Of a stretch of DNA of 64,000 nucleotides, positions 10,738 through 23,676 are shown one piece after another. This stretch comes from Torpedo marmorata (Eukaryota): assembly GCA_977017645.1 (NCBI GenBank), contig OZ360222.1, positions 93,558,001 through 93,622,000 of the forward strand. The letters are read 5' to 3'. Below the pieces are notes generated by a model. The model did no database searches, was not told where the DNA came from, and saw only the letters and a list, made by a program, of their open reading frames with translations. Made by a program: the position numbers and the translations under genes. The first letter of the stretch is position 1. Every line of letters starts with the position of its first letter.

Positions 10738-13503
10738 AAAAATGCGGGCTGCCTACAACTGTTTTTGATCAAAAAACTGAGAAAACATTTGTTTACTTCA
10801 ACTGTTTAAACAGAAAGCCCAAAGTAATAGTTTACAAAATTTTCTATCCAGAATTAATTATCAAGTTTATTTTCTTTGAACACATCAAGAAGATTTCAGA
10901 TTCAGAAGGAATACACATTAAGTTTAAAAACTTTAAATTGGACATTAAAGCATCTACTGATTGTTCTTTCATAAAAAATGTAAAATAATGTTAAAGAAAT
11001 GTGCAACTTAAAAATACCAAAATATATTAAATGGATAAACAGAATAAACCTTTTCCCAAGAAGCAAAATTTCTTTCAGTTTACATCCTATTTTCACTCAT
11101 ATTTCCTTGGTCTTAAAAGTTTAAACATCAGTGTTGGCGATGGATAGCTTATTTTTTTTAATCATCCTGTAACTATCAAGGCCACAACATCAGGTGCTAC
11201 TGTGACAAATTCAGCATAACACTCCATTCCATTCTTTTGCAAAGTGCCAGAATGATACTCTTGGCTGTTCATCTCTGTGCATGGAATTGCCAATTAATGG
11301 CAAATCACAGCAGACATGGTTATATTGGATGGCATTTCCTATAAAGTCGCTGGAGCCTATTCTAAGCAGTTCTTAATTTCAGTTCAGTCTTTAACCCAAT
11401 GTATACCAATTTAGTACAATACCAAAAGTTTTAAGTTACAATTGTGGAAGAAAGTGAACCTGATTTTTTAAAAATCCAGCCATCATACAGCTATCTTTAT
11501 CTATTTCTGCAGAGCAAAATAATGTTTATGCTGTATGAGGTCAGCATTATTAGTTTACCAAAAAAAAAAATTGCATTGAATAATGACACAATGCAACAAA
11601 CGTAAAACAACTTTACAATCCAGCATCTTTCGAAAATAATCCATTCACTGAGTTTCAAACATTGCTGTAGCAGTAATAACTGTAAAAATGCCCAATGCCA
11701 GTTAACCATATTTGTAATTGCAATTAGTATGACTATTGGTTAATTTAAAGTTCACTATTAGTAAAATAGATCAATTTACAGGCAAAAGTGATGCACATTC
11801 AATATACTAATCACTCAGGCATGCCCTATAAAATCTATCATGCAATTAGTTTAAAGTAGTTGACCTTAGTGAGAATTTATATTTGACAAGTAACTCATTT
11901 GCTAATTAACCTACTCAACATTCACAACTTTTAACGTGTTTTGCTCAATATTTTTTGCATGCATACTTGTACATACTAATGACGTTATTTTGCAATGTAG
12001 CATGCACATATTGTCATATAGAGGAGACATTATGTCATAGGAATATGAAAAAGGGGTTGTGGCAATATAGATTTAGTTATCACTTCATTTATTTCATATT
12101 TGTGATTGTAAAATAATTTAATATTATAATTCCAGTCTAACAGATTACTGTCACGATTGATTTCAATATAGCTATGCTGTTTTCATAAACATAATTCAGC
12201 ATGCATGTGACCAACATGTCAAAACAGATCATATGTGTCACTAAATCTTACCTGCCAAACAATGTCTTCGTATTTGAAAGAAACTGATTTCTAATTAGTG
12301 TTATCAATATTTGTGGAGAACCAATAGATGTATGCAAGTTCTTAATATTTAGTGGGTACTCTGCCTTTGTTAAGCTACAAACAATTCATGCTGACATTTT
12401 AAAATCTAATTCTCACAAATGGTTCCTGTACATTCTTGGTAAAGTTGATAATTGTTTTCAGTTGTGTTATTTATAGAGTAAACCAATAGTATAAAAAAAG
12501 AGAATAAATTTTGAGCACTTTAGTTTCACAACAACTTTGAGTACATAGGTCAAATATGTAAACAAAATAATTAAGAAATGGGAGAATTATTTGGCTTGAA
12601 CTTGTTAAAGCATAAAGTGCTGTGAGAAACTAATCCATGTTTATATTTAGTTTCGTTTTGATCATCAATAAAAGTGGTGTGAGTTGAGCTTCTTTGTGTG
12701 GCACGCTGCTGCTCACCTCAGACATTCACAATGTCACACAGCTTCAAAGTAACTGTCAAGTATACTTAGTTGCTTGCAAGTAAGATTTATTTTTTTAGTT
12801 ATATCTGGGTTCAGTGAATTGGTAGGTTTGGTTTGCTTCTATCTGAATGCCATTCTTCGAGTTCTAGTAAATAAGGTCAAAGAAACATCTGCAGACTTCC
12901 ATGAAGAGTGAGAGTATTTCCACTAGAACAACTCACATTCTTCATTCCCAAACACGGCAGTATAAATACAACACCTTAATTTGAAGTTGATACCATTGTT
13001 AACAATATAATCCAATTTCAAACAAAAGCACAAAAACAAACCCTGTCTGGATTTTGTTGAGCAAAGCAAACTATTTTTCAATTTGCATTTCATTACTTAC
13101 AATGTGAAGCTGTAGGTAGTCGCCAAGGCCAGCAGAGCTGTCTACACGCACCAAAATGGCATCTTTTACATGTGTGTCAAAACCCACAGCTAGTCTGTCT
13201 GCTCTGGTGCTTGGTCTGTCATTAGGGGGCCATGTGTAAATGATTAGTCCACCACCACGACTAAAAATATATGTTGTGCCAGCTGTGGAAACAAAATATA
13301 AATTTAGAACTTTATCTTTTGAATATACAGTACAGGTAGATGAGGGTCTATAACATAATTAACATATCACCATCATATTAAATATAACATAAAATGCTTG
13401 GAAATCTCAGCCAGAAATGTGGTATCTGTGGAGAAATTTCTGTATTTCCAGTACGTGCAAGACTTTGCTTTTGAGCACCTGTTAAATTCTGTATAAAAAC
13501 ATT

Positions 13504-14160
13504 TCAAGTCAAGTCAAGTCACCTTTATTTGTCATTCATTACCATATACGCAGTAAGACGAGATAGCGTTTCTCCAGGACCATGGGCAGATGTACATAAA
13601 TATCATAATACAATAGAAAAAAAAACTAATTCTAACATGCTAATACATATATATATCTAGGAATTGAGGAGCCTGATGGCTTGGGGGGAAAAACTGTTGC
13701 ACAATCTGGACGTACGAGCCCGAGTGCTTCGGTACCTCCTTCCAGATGGAAAAGGGGAAAACAGTTTACCAAAGGGGTGTGAAAAGTCCTCCACAATGTT
13801 TTTAGCCTTCCTCATGCATTGTGTGTTGTAGATGTCTGTCATGGTGGAGAGAGAGACTCCAATAATTTTCTCCGCTGACCTCACTATCCTCTGCAGGGTC
13901 TTTCGGTCTGAGGTGGTACAGTTACCAAACCAAGCGGTGATGCAATTGCTCAGAATACTCTCAATGCATCCCCTGTAGAATGTAGTAAGGATAGAGGGTG
14001 GAAGATGAACTTCCCTCAGCCTTCGCAGGAAGTAAAGACGCTGCTGGGCTTTCTTGACTATGGAACTGGTGTTGAGGGACAAGCTGAGACTGTCCACCAA
14101 GTGCACTCCAAGAAACTTGGTACTCTTTACGACCTCAACGGTAGAGCCGTCCATGGTCAA
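13504..14160 (-). mobile_element. Rex1/Babar LINE, 5'-truncated young copy
   Basis: ORF 13657..14190 [13 protein letters not shown]...SGRRYRSTRARTSRLCNSF, with a (GACTT)n tail. Near-identical to 40220-40866. Confidence 0.92.
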
Positions 14161-14535
14161 AGGAATTTGAATTAAATTCATATTTTTCATTTATACATTA
14201 TTCAAATTGTCACCGTATTTTATAATCTGCACTTCTCTGATTAGCTAGATTGCAAAATATTGCCATAGCAGCTGTAGCAACGTAAGTTCTTTTACCAATT
14301 TTTCATCACATCCCTGTCAGTTGTACAATATTTAGTACATATTGTATTGAAAATAAATCAAAGTTAGTAAAATGATCCACTGACGGTTCTCACTAAAATA
14401 TTTGCAGTTATGAAACGATGAGCTTCCACTTGCTGGTGTTTAACCCACAGTCATCCATCCATTGCATTTAGGAAAAACAAGATGGAATGGCAATTGGACA
14501 AGAGCTAGGTGCCATTGAGAATCCAAAGAAATGGC

Positions 14536-14765
14536 TCAGATTTCAGATTTATTGTCAGAGTACATACATGACGTCACGTACAGCCCTGAGATTCCTTTTC
14601 CTGCAGGCGCAGCAGAATTACCACTAATTTGTAGTGCAAAAAGTAAACTGTACACAGCGTAAACATGTAAACAATCAAAACAACTGCTAACAGGTAACGA
14701 ATGAAACTGAAAATGAAACTGACTGTGCAATACAGAGTGCAATACAATACTGTACAATACTGTGC
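14536..14765 (-). mobile_element. LINE/SINE 3' end fragment with (TCTGAAA)n tail
   Basis: Reverse strand ends GACAATAAATCTGAAATCTGA, the same tail design as the other Rex-type 3' ends. Confidence 0.55.
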
Positions 14766-14994
14766 AATAAATCTCCTGATTTATTGTAAATATACTTGAA
14801 GAGGGCAGCACTGGGGTTTACTTAACTGGTGCTGTTTATTTTTGGAGGTGGAAGAAGGTAACATTAGGGCTGAGGGATCCTGGAAATTTGTGCAGGATAT
14901 CCTGCATCTTCCTGTGCTTAAAACAGCATGACACAATGCAAAGATAACATTTCTGAAACTCGCCATCGCCTCTTCTGACCAATCTGCAACTCTT

Positions 14995-15068
14995 TCAGAA
15001 TCAGAATCAGAATTTATTGTCATGAACAAGTCATGAAATTCGGTGTTTTGCGGCAGCATCATAGTGCA
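14995..15068 (-). mobile_element. Very short 3' fragment of the (ATTCTG)n-tailed LINE
   Basis: Nearly identical to 7552-7626. AACTCTTT occurs on both flanks as a possible TSD. Confidence 0.75.
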
Positions 15069-16339
15069 ATTAACTCTTTAATTCTGCTGATAGGATTGCC
15101 CCCACATGGGTTTCCTGAATACAACAGTTCCAGAATACAACATAGTTGTTCTGTGCCCTTTACATCATCAGACATAAACTTCCGGATTTAAATTCAGCCT
15201 CACCTGCCCACCCAATGAACGTCAGTCCAACATGGTGGTTAGTGAAGGTAAAATGTTAGCATGCAAGAATAGTGCGCCTCCGGTCAAAAATTGAATTCAG
15301 ATCATTTTAATTCCAGTTGTCTATTCATTCCATTAAGCAAAGCACAGATTACATGCCTTTACATGTAGGTGTCAATTGAAAATGTACACTATTTTCATTT
15401 GGTGTGCATGGATTTTGTAGCTGTGTCAATAATTTTCTCTTTCAAATACTTTTTTTCATCTTAGATGAGGAACATTGAAGAACTTGATGTGTAGATAAAG
15501 CATTAAAACCGATACCAATAAATGTTTGTAATATTTGCAAAAGAGCTCGTCATATTGGAGCTTTTGCAAATGTCACTTCTGGCACAATCTTCGCACAGAA
15601 GAAAATGTACAATGGCCTTATAATTGGGCCCATGGCCATGGAAGAGAGATCTGTATCTAATGATCTAATTAGATTCAATATCTAATGATCAGATAGCTAT
15701 GTTCTGAAAGGATGACTATATTTTACAAAATCCAGGAATATTGTAGTGTGTGTCAACTGGCAGAACAAGTCAATACTTTTATTGAGTGGAACCGTAGAAA
15801 ATTAATGCAGAGATTTGAAAATTGAATGTTTTCTAACTTGCACTATCCATAGCGCAGGAGGTAGCATGATTACAATGATTTTCAAGTTGGATTGCACCAC
15901 TTTGGAAGTTCCATCAAGTATATCCAGTCATGAGTCATGTGAATGACACAATTGCCACATTAGACGTGCACTGATTAAAGCCATTTCCCATGCATTCCTC
16001 CCCAACAACATTTACAAAAATAGCAATTCACATTGTTCTATGGCACCGTTACCATTAGTCAATGTCAGAACAATCATGGTTTATTTTGTACTGCTTGCTC
16101 TGCAGCTATATAATTTAATAAGATGTTCTTCAGTGTATACAGTATGCCACTTAGAACCCAATTCGGAAAGATCCACTTGAATTATTAACTGGCATTCCTT
16201 CAGACCTGTCACCCACTCTCCATTATTCTGCTTCCACTCTTGCCCTATAATGACCCTCGGTCAACATAGTTCCAACTACCAAGGTCCTGATCCCTGAATC
16301 CTAACACCTAACCTCTCAACAGCAAGACTCATGTCAAAT

Positions 16340-16622
16340 GACATGCTTTTAAGGAGCTGGTCACTTAAAAGGAACAGCGAAATTTCTTCCCTGAGAAGGT
16401 AATGAATCTCTGGAAATCTCGACCTTGGAGAGCTGTGAAGGATCATCAGAAGTATTTAAAGTGGAGACAGATACATTTTTGAAATGTTAAGCAAATGACA
16501 GCAGGCAGGATCTGACAAAGATGAGGGAGTTAAGGGCTGAAGCAGAGCTGTCATTATCATACTGAATTGAGAGCAGGGTTGAGGGGTCTGATGGCATATT
16601 CCTGCTCTTATTTTCTTGTATT
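16340..16622 (+). mobile_element. CR1 3' end, degenerate
   Basis: Motifs aaatttcttccctgagaaggtaatgaatctctggaa and ttgaggggtctgatggcatattcctgctcttattttcttg. Confidence 0.65.
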
Positions 16623-16743
16623 GTGATTTACTTGATCTAGCAGTCTTGCTCGATCCCATAGCAACAATTCAACTATTCTTCTCAACCACCTAGCCACACT
16701 CAAAAATCTAGTCCAATAGCCAACCCAGTCCTTTGACCTCTCT

Positions 16744-17767
16744 TGTTATGGACCATGACTGACCATTTGGACTGCGGACGGACAGCAGGAAGGATGAAGT
16801 CTTTTGGAGTACACACTGGGACCAGGTACTGAAAGAGTTAACTTGCCCAGGACTTGGTGTACCCAGAGAGAGAGAGAGACCAGAGATGTTGCACTTTTGC
16901 AAAAGCAGGTGCAGACCTCTGCAAAAAGCAGGCAGTTTAGAGTTGCAAAGGCTAGAGAACACAGCCAAATCCAGGCATGTGAATCCCAGAGGAAAAGGCT
17001 CCTGTCTCAGAAAAATCCTGAGTTAAAAGCAACTTTTTTTAAAATTTTTATTTTTATTTTTATTTTTATATTTTTATTTTTATTTTATTAGATTAGTGGG
17101 GTTGGGAGGGTTGGGGAGAGGAGGGTGGGAGGGGAGTGAAAATGTATCACAAGTATTTTGATAATTTCATATTTTATTTTATGTATTTTGTGATTTAAAA
17201 TTTTAAATAAAATATTTTTTAAAATAAAGCAACTTTTGTGGAGAACAGGCGTGAGATCAGCGAGACCAGCTGTGAGATCCAAGTACACGCCTCAATCAGT
17301 GGTATACTGATTTGGAGTCACAATCCTCGTGAATCTCTACCAAAAGGGAAAGTCATCAGAGAAGAGAAAAACAAGCCAAGTATTCGTAAGCATAAACAGT
17401 CATTGTCTCTCTCCAACGTTCATTGAAAAGTACTTCTACCAGCACACAGAGCTGAATTTGGAACCTGAACTTAGAGAGTGAATTTTTGTGGACTGTATTA
17501 TATTTTTTTTGACTGACTTGTTTTTATGACTGACCTGGGGTTTTTGGGGAAAGTTTTTCCATTTTTACATGAGGGTTTGGCACAGACTGTAATGGTCTGG
17601 GCTTTACACACACACACCCCTTTTAGATAAGAATAGTGTTTATAGACGTTTATAGTGGGGTTAATTGTTGTGAAATTATATGTTTAATTGTCTTTAATAA
17701 ATATAAATTTCAATTTTACCCCTTTTTGCATTGTGTCTTCTGTCGTTGCTGGTTTGAGTTTGTAACA
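16744..17767 (+). mobile_element. Solo LTR (TGTTA...TAACA) with 4-bp TSD CTCT
   Basis: Termini TGTTATG and GTAACA. CTCT at 16740-16743 and 17768-17771. AATAAA near 17696. Confidence 0.75.
17038..17225 (+). mobile_element. L1-clade 3' UTR fragment inserted in the solo LTR
   Basis: Matches 44160-44320. TSD AAAGCAACTTTT at 17026-17037 and 17226-17237. Confidence 0.85.
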
Positions 17768-19504
17768 CTCTCCTCTGAAGACCCAAACCTGCAATGACTC
17801 CTCCTCCAATTACTCTGGTCCAGTTCCCTGAAATTTTCTTTCAGGTTCTCAGCAACAGTACAGAATTTCAAGGGAAGTTATGAGGCCAATTCAATGGTCC
17901 AAATGTGATGGGCCTTAAGCGCACATGAAATTTCAAACAAAAAAAACCTACAATGAAATCTCATTTTCTCACACTGAAGTGCAATTTATGCTGTTCCTGC
18001 AGGGCTGATGCATGTCTAGGCCATTTGTTTTTACACAGTTTGTTGATCTCTGTTCTCCTTTCAATTCCCTATCTAACAAGGCAGGGAGATAGGCATCTAT
18101 ATACTTTCATGGCAATGTTTGAATGTGCGTGAGACAAAGATGGCACAACTCACCCTCCTATTTTTCTCGACCCCTCAAGGGAAGTGCTTTGTATAGGTTT
18201 AGCATTTCCCATGAGTCCTCCAATCTCACATAGCCAATAACAATGAAGAATCCTAATCTTACCACTTCACCTCTACACAATGGTGCACGCAAGCATATCA
18301 CTGTTGCTACCAAACCCAGAAATCATGATGCTAATAAAAGTACAATTGATATGTCTTTTATTTTATCCATGCAAGCAGATTACCTGTGAAATATTACATT
18401 AAATGAATTATATTTTATTTAAAATTGAATTTGTAATATATTTGTAATATAATGTGCTGGGTTTGTTTTCTAGCAAATTTAGACTCTGTTGGCAAACAGC
18501 TGTGGTTCCAACCTCATCATCTATCCTACAACTCAGTAGACCAAAGGGAAATAATGAGAATGTTTGTTTCATTCTTGCTATGAGTGATGAATCATCAAAA
18601 TCCACATTCAAGCAGTTAAGTGGAGGCAGACTGCAATATATTTTGTCAAATGTCACAAAAGAATTAAAAATAGAACAAGTAAATTAATCTTATAACAGAC
18701 CACCAGTCAATCAGCAGGTGCACAGTGTTGGACATCCACCATTCATCTCCATGATACCTTAATTCCAACCATGAATGAGTGGTGGAAAATCTTCTCAGTC
18801 TGTTAGCCCTATGAGTCTTGTACGTGTTAGCACAGTTTGTAATTTGAACCCACAGATTAGAATTACCGGTATTTCCATTTCAACAGCACTCAACGCTAAA
18901 TGTCACGTTCACTAAGAATCTACTGCATGATTGGTTGGGCAAATGGAAAGTCAATTTTGTAGTTGAGCAAAAAATACTTTGTTGGGGCACCTGGCAAGTG
19001 AAGATTGTATTTAACTGTTTAATGAGAGTGCGTAATTATGATACGGGGTGGGTAGAAACAAATTCAATTCAAATTTCACCCTAATTTATCTCCAACTTGC
19101 CCACTTTTAGTTTTAATAGAATGGGGAGTCTTTGGATTTGGACATGGATTATGGTGGACTAATCTACTCTGAGGAAGCAACCCATTTAATTAAACATTTA
19201 AGACTGCGAAGGGGCTTCATTTTAACAAGTCCTCATTCAAAATTCATGGCAGTCAGATGTTACAGGGCTGAAAGAATGAAGAAAAAAAACAACAATCAAG
19301 TAGGTCTGGATTGTCTGAGATTGGCACTGAGCAACAGGAACCAGGAAGCTCCCAGATATTGAGACTTCTGTACATTGCAATTTTCTGGGTAGGGGCAGGA
19401 CACTAAAATTGATTCTAACATGTTCAAATGATTGTACATTTTGTTTTCAAAATATGAAGAACTACTGTCCCTAATCATTTTCTGATAAACATATTCATTT
19501 TCCT

Positions 19505-19890
19505 ATAACCCTTCGGCAGTAGCCACAAGTGGTTGCAGATTCTGGGGGAGGAGCAGCCCGGTGCAGGGCACCATAAATGGGGAGAACACCCCCTGTTGAG
19601 AAGGAGAAGCAGAGGAAACAACCCTACAGGTCGGTGACCACGGCAGTAGACCAGCGAGGGGCTCAACAGATGAAGGACCCACGTAGGCTGAGGGTGACAC
19701 GGTTGGGGGTCCCGCACAGCCTGCAGGCAGCTGGACACTAGCTCATGGGAACCAGGTATCGGAGCCGAGATTCGAGAGGATGCTGAGGGCAAGAAGGGCT
19801 CCCAAATGGCCTTGGGCACTGAAGGCTTCCTGTTTGTGTCAGAGGTTTGAATCTGGAACCCGGGTTGCCGATGGATCAAACTTTGAACCA
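19505..19890 (+). mobile_element. GC-rich non-coding interspersed repeat (same family as 55769-56330)
   Basis: ggtatcggagccgagattcgagaggatgctgaggg and gtgtcagaggtttgaatctggaacccgggttgccgat match the reverse complement of 55995-56078. Confidence 0.6.
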
Positions 19891-19919
19891 TCAGCAGATA
19901 TTACAGTAATGTCAGTCTA

Positions 19920-22560
19920 GTTGGCAGAAAAGGCATGGCCATGATAAGGGGACTGGGAGAAATACAAGGTTTAATTGCATTTACTTTAATTCAAGGAGTC
20001 TAACTGGAAAAGTAGATGAACTTAGATTACTAAACAGGACATGAGAACATGATACTTATGCCTTCATCGAGATATGGCAACTGGGCAGACAAAGGTTTTG
20101 AACATTCAGGAGTGATGGGGTAGGTGTAAAATAAGTGGCACTGCAATATTGAGTTAAGAGTCCTTGACTACAGAAATAGCGGGCATTCTTGAAGGTGCTT
20201 CAAATGTGGCCATATGGAAAGAGCTTAGGAACCAAAAGGAGGAGGGGGAGTGTAAATTACTTTGCTTGAGGATGTACTGAAGGTCTCTAAACAGACAATG
20301 GGAGTTATAAGAGCAGATATTTTGATTACCGGTAATCACAGAGATGTGCAAGGGTAATCGGATTATAGCAGTTGGAGATTTCAACTTTCCCAACGTTAAT
20401 TGGGATTGCTTTGGTGTGAAAGGCCTGGGTAGGGTGGGGGGGTGGGTGGTGAGGGGAGGGAGGGTGAACTGATTGAAATGCATTGAGAAGAGCTTTTAAA
20501 GCCATACAAGGATAGTCCAACTGGAAAAGGGCAGTAGTGGACCTAATCATCAGGAATGTAGATGGACGTGCAAAGAATTTCAATGGAAGAGCATTTTGGA
20601 GTTAATGGCCATAACTTTAAGTTTCAAGGAATAAGGGTAATCTCGAAATTCAGACCCTGAATTGCAGGGGGGAAAGCTGATTTCAATCATGATAAAATAG
20701 AACCTGGCAAAAGTAGAATGGGAGCAGTTATTTTCAGACAGGTCTACATCGGAAAAAGCAGGACCTATTCAAAAATAAATTGAGAGTTAAGGGGATATGT
20801 GTTCCCATAAGGATGAAAAGTAAGGATCCAAAGTAAGGATGAAAAGTAAGGATCCAAAGAACTCTGATTGTTAAGGAATGTTGAGGGCTGGATGAAGAAA
20901 GGAACAGGTACAGAGAACAGAAATTTGGGTGGTCTTTCAGGAGCAAAGAAAATATGAAGACTTAAAAAAATTAGAAGTACAAAGATGGGGAAATACCACT
21001 GTCATGAATTTCTTTAGAGATAATAGAGTAAGCAAGGAAAGAGAAAGCCCCATTAGGGATCAAATTGGAAAATTGTGCCAGGAGCCAGAGGATGTAGGTG
21101 AGGTCTTGAATGATTCTTATCTGCATTCATTAAGAATGACATTGAAGCCGGGTAATTCAGAAAGAAGGAAAATAGTGAAATTCTAGAACATTACCATTCA
21201 AAAGGAGGAAGTATTAGAGGTCTCAACAGACTTAAAAGTGGATAAATCCCCATGGCTTGATGACATGTATCCCAAGCAGCTAAGGAAGGCAGTCATCTCT
21301 GTGTCTACACTTTAATTCAGTTTGTTTTGTTTTTTAAATGTGCCCAATCTTACAAGATATTTTCCAATGAATTAGGCAAGTTTAAAGGAAGAGCATGGTG
21401 CCTGTGAGTGAAAAGGGATCATGGGAACAAAGGCCCCAGTGAATGGGAATGAAGTGTTGAAAACATTATTTGATGAGCCAGATGCCAAGTTATTGGCATT
21501 TATGAATAGTCGGATGGCAGATTATTGGAGGTTTATCGTGATTCTAAACTGGCGAATCTAACATCAGTGGCAGGAAATTTATTGGAAACACAGGACAAGA
21601 TTAATCAATGCTGGAGAAAAGCATGGTTTAGTGAAGGGTAGATCCGGTCTGAGCAATTTGAGTAAATTATTCTAAGAGTTAATAAAATATATTGAATAGG
21701 ATAGTGTGGTTGACATAGTTTTCATTGATTTCAGTCAGGCCTTCGACAGAGTCTCACATGGGTTCCTGGTCCAAAGATTTAAAGACAAAGAGATCTGAGC
21801 CAAGTTGACAAATTGGATCCAAAATTGGTTTGGCAACAGGAGGCACAGGGTAAAGTTACTGGGTCATTTTTGAGATTGGAAGTCTGTGACTAATCTGTTA
21901 GTGTACATGTACAATTGAATATTAATGACCGAAAGACCCTGCAGAGGATAGTGAGGTCAGCGGAGAAAATTATTGGAGTCTCTCTCCCCACCATGACGGA
22001 CATCTACAACACACGATGCATGAGGAAGGCTAAAAACATTGTGAAGGACTTCTCACACCACTTTGGTAAACTGTTTTCCCTTTTGCCATCTGGAAGGAGG
22101 TACCGAAGCACTCGGGCTCGTACGTCCAGACTGTGCAACAGTTTTTTCCCCCAAACCATCAGGCTCCTCAATTCCTAGATATATATGTGTATTAGCATGT
22201 TATAGTTTTTCTATTGTATTATGATATTTATGTACATCTGCCAATGGTCCTGGAGAAACGTTATTTCGTCTTACTGTGTATATGGTAATGAACGACAAAT
22301 AAAGGTGACTTGACTTGACTTGAGGTATGATTAGTAAGTTTCATGACACAAAAATTGGTGGTATTGATAATTGAGAGTCATCATATTGATTAGTTATGGG
22401 TGGTGGAGGCACAACAATGAAGTCGTCTTTGGATGAGCACTTGAATCACCAAGGCAAAGAAAGTTACAAAGTGCTGGTAAATGGGATTAACGTCAATGAA
22501 AACTGGAATGCATGGACATGCGTGGTCAAATCGTTGTTTTCTGTGCTGTATGGCTCTATG
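19920..22560 (+). mobile_element. Old fragmented CR1 LINE (endonuclease to RT to 3' end), interrupted by a Rex1 copy
   Basis: Remnants of VGDFNFP (20370), LKVDKSP..D.MYP (21230), FIDFSQAFDRVSH (21720) and DTKIGG (22345). Confidence 0.75.
21927..22323 (+). mobile_element. Rex1/Babar LINE 3' fragment, young
   Basis: ORF 21915..22178 matches the family C-terminus. (GACTT)n tail. Confidence 0.92.
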
Positions 22561-23676
22561 AACATAAAGGCAGCAACTGAAAACTGTTCAGGCTCAGCTT
22601 TGATAAATTCACAACAATACTCAAGTCTCTGGACTTGGCTATTCAGAATGGTTACTTGTGCCAGAGGCGGAAACTGAATGAACGCATAGTCCTGCACAGA
22701 TTGTCAGGTTGGGGGAAGAAGATGTACATTGAGTAATCAAACCTGAAACAAAATGTGATAATTTTAAAACTTGTACAAGGATGACAACCCTGTTACTTGT
22801 GCACAGAGTAGGTTTTCAGCATGCACAATTTTATTAATTTTGCTTGGCAAAGTGACCTCGAATATTGAATCTTTGATCTATTGGCAAACAATTTCAAGTC
22901 CAAGTTTATTCATCATTCGATTGCACAAGTACAACCCGACGAATCAAACTTTTACAAATAACATGAAAAAATATCCTTCTTTCATCTTCAGCAGTTTCAA
23001 CAAAACTTTATTAAATGGCTAGTTCATCCCTCAAGGGATTGCAAGGATGAAAACTTGATTCATTTCAATTCATGTACTCAATAACTAATTAATTAATTGA
23101 GAAACTCCAATGACCTTATGGTCTTAATACATTACATAAATTTGCGTTTTCAAATTAGACCCCGAGTTTTTGAAGCAATGGCTTCTCCTTGTGCCCCTTA
23201 CAATTATTTCTTGAGTTTTCCAAGGATCTATCCTGAGCCATTCCTTTACTGCGGTAATGCCATCCTTTGCTAAAACCAACTTGAGTTGGTACATGTGCAT
23301 CAGTGCTGCACAGCTGCACCTCTTCTTGAGCTCTCCCCATTTTTACCTACCTTGGAATTTTCTGACTATTTTTTTGATATCCAGTTTGGGATTAGTAAGT
23401 TTTCTTCAGTTGAACATTGGGAAAATTGATGCCATTTATTGCTATGTACTTTCACTTCTGAGGTTTTTTCATGCCATTGTCAGAAGTCTAGTTCAGTGTT
23501 TCACCATTTCCACATCCCAATTAAATCTGAACTGAATGAGAAAACTCTCTTATCTCTCAATTAAAAGGATCACCTTCTTCAATTTCCAGAAGATAGTTCC
23601 TTACATTTCATTGTCTAGCTAAGATTTTCATTCATGCCTGTTGTCTCATGAAAATTCTCCTATCCAGCAGAATCTA

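Noticed and set aside
12245-12300. Minus-strand donor CAG|GTAAG suggesting an exon
   Set aside because: No convincing acceptor or recognisable peptide upstream.
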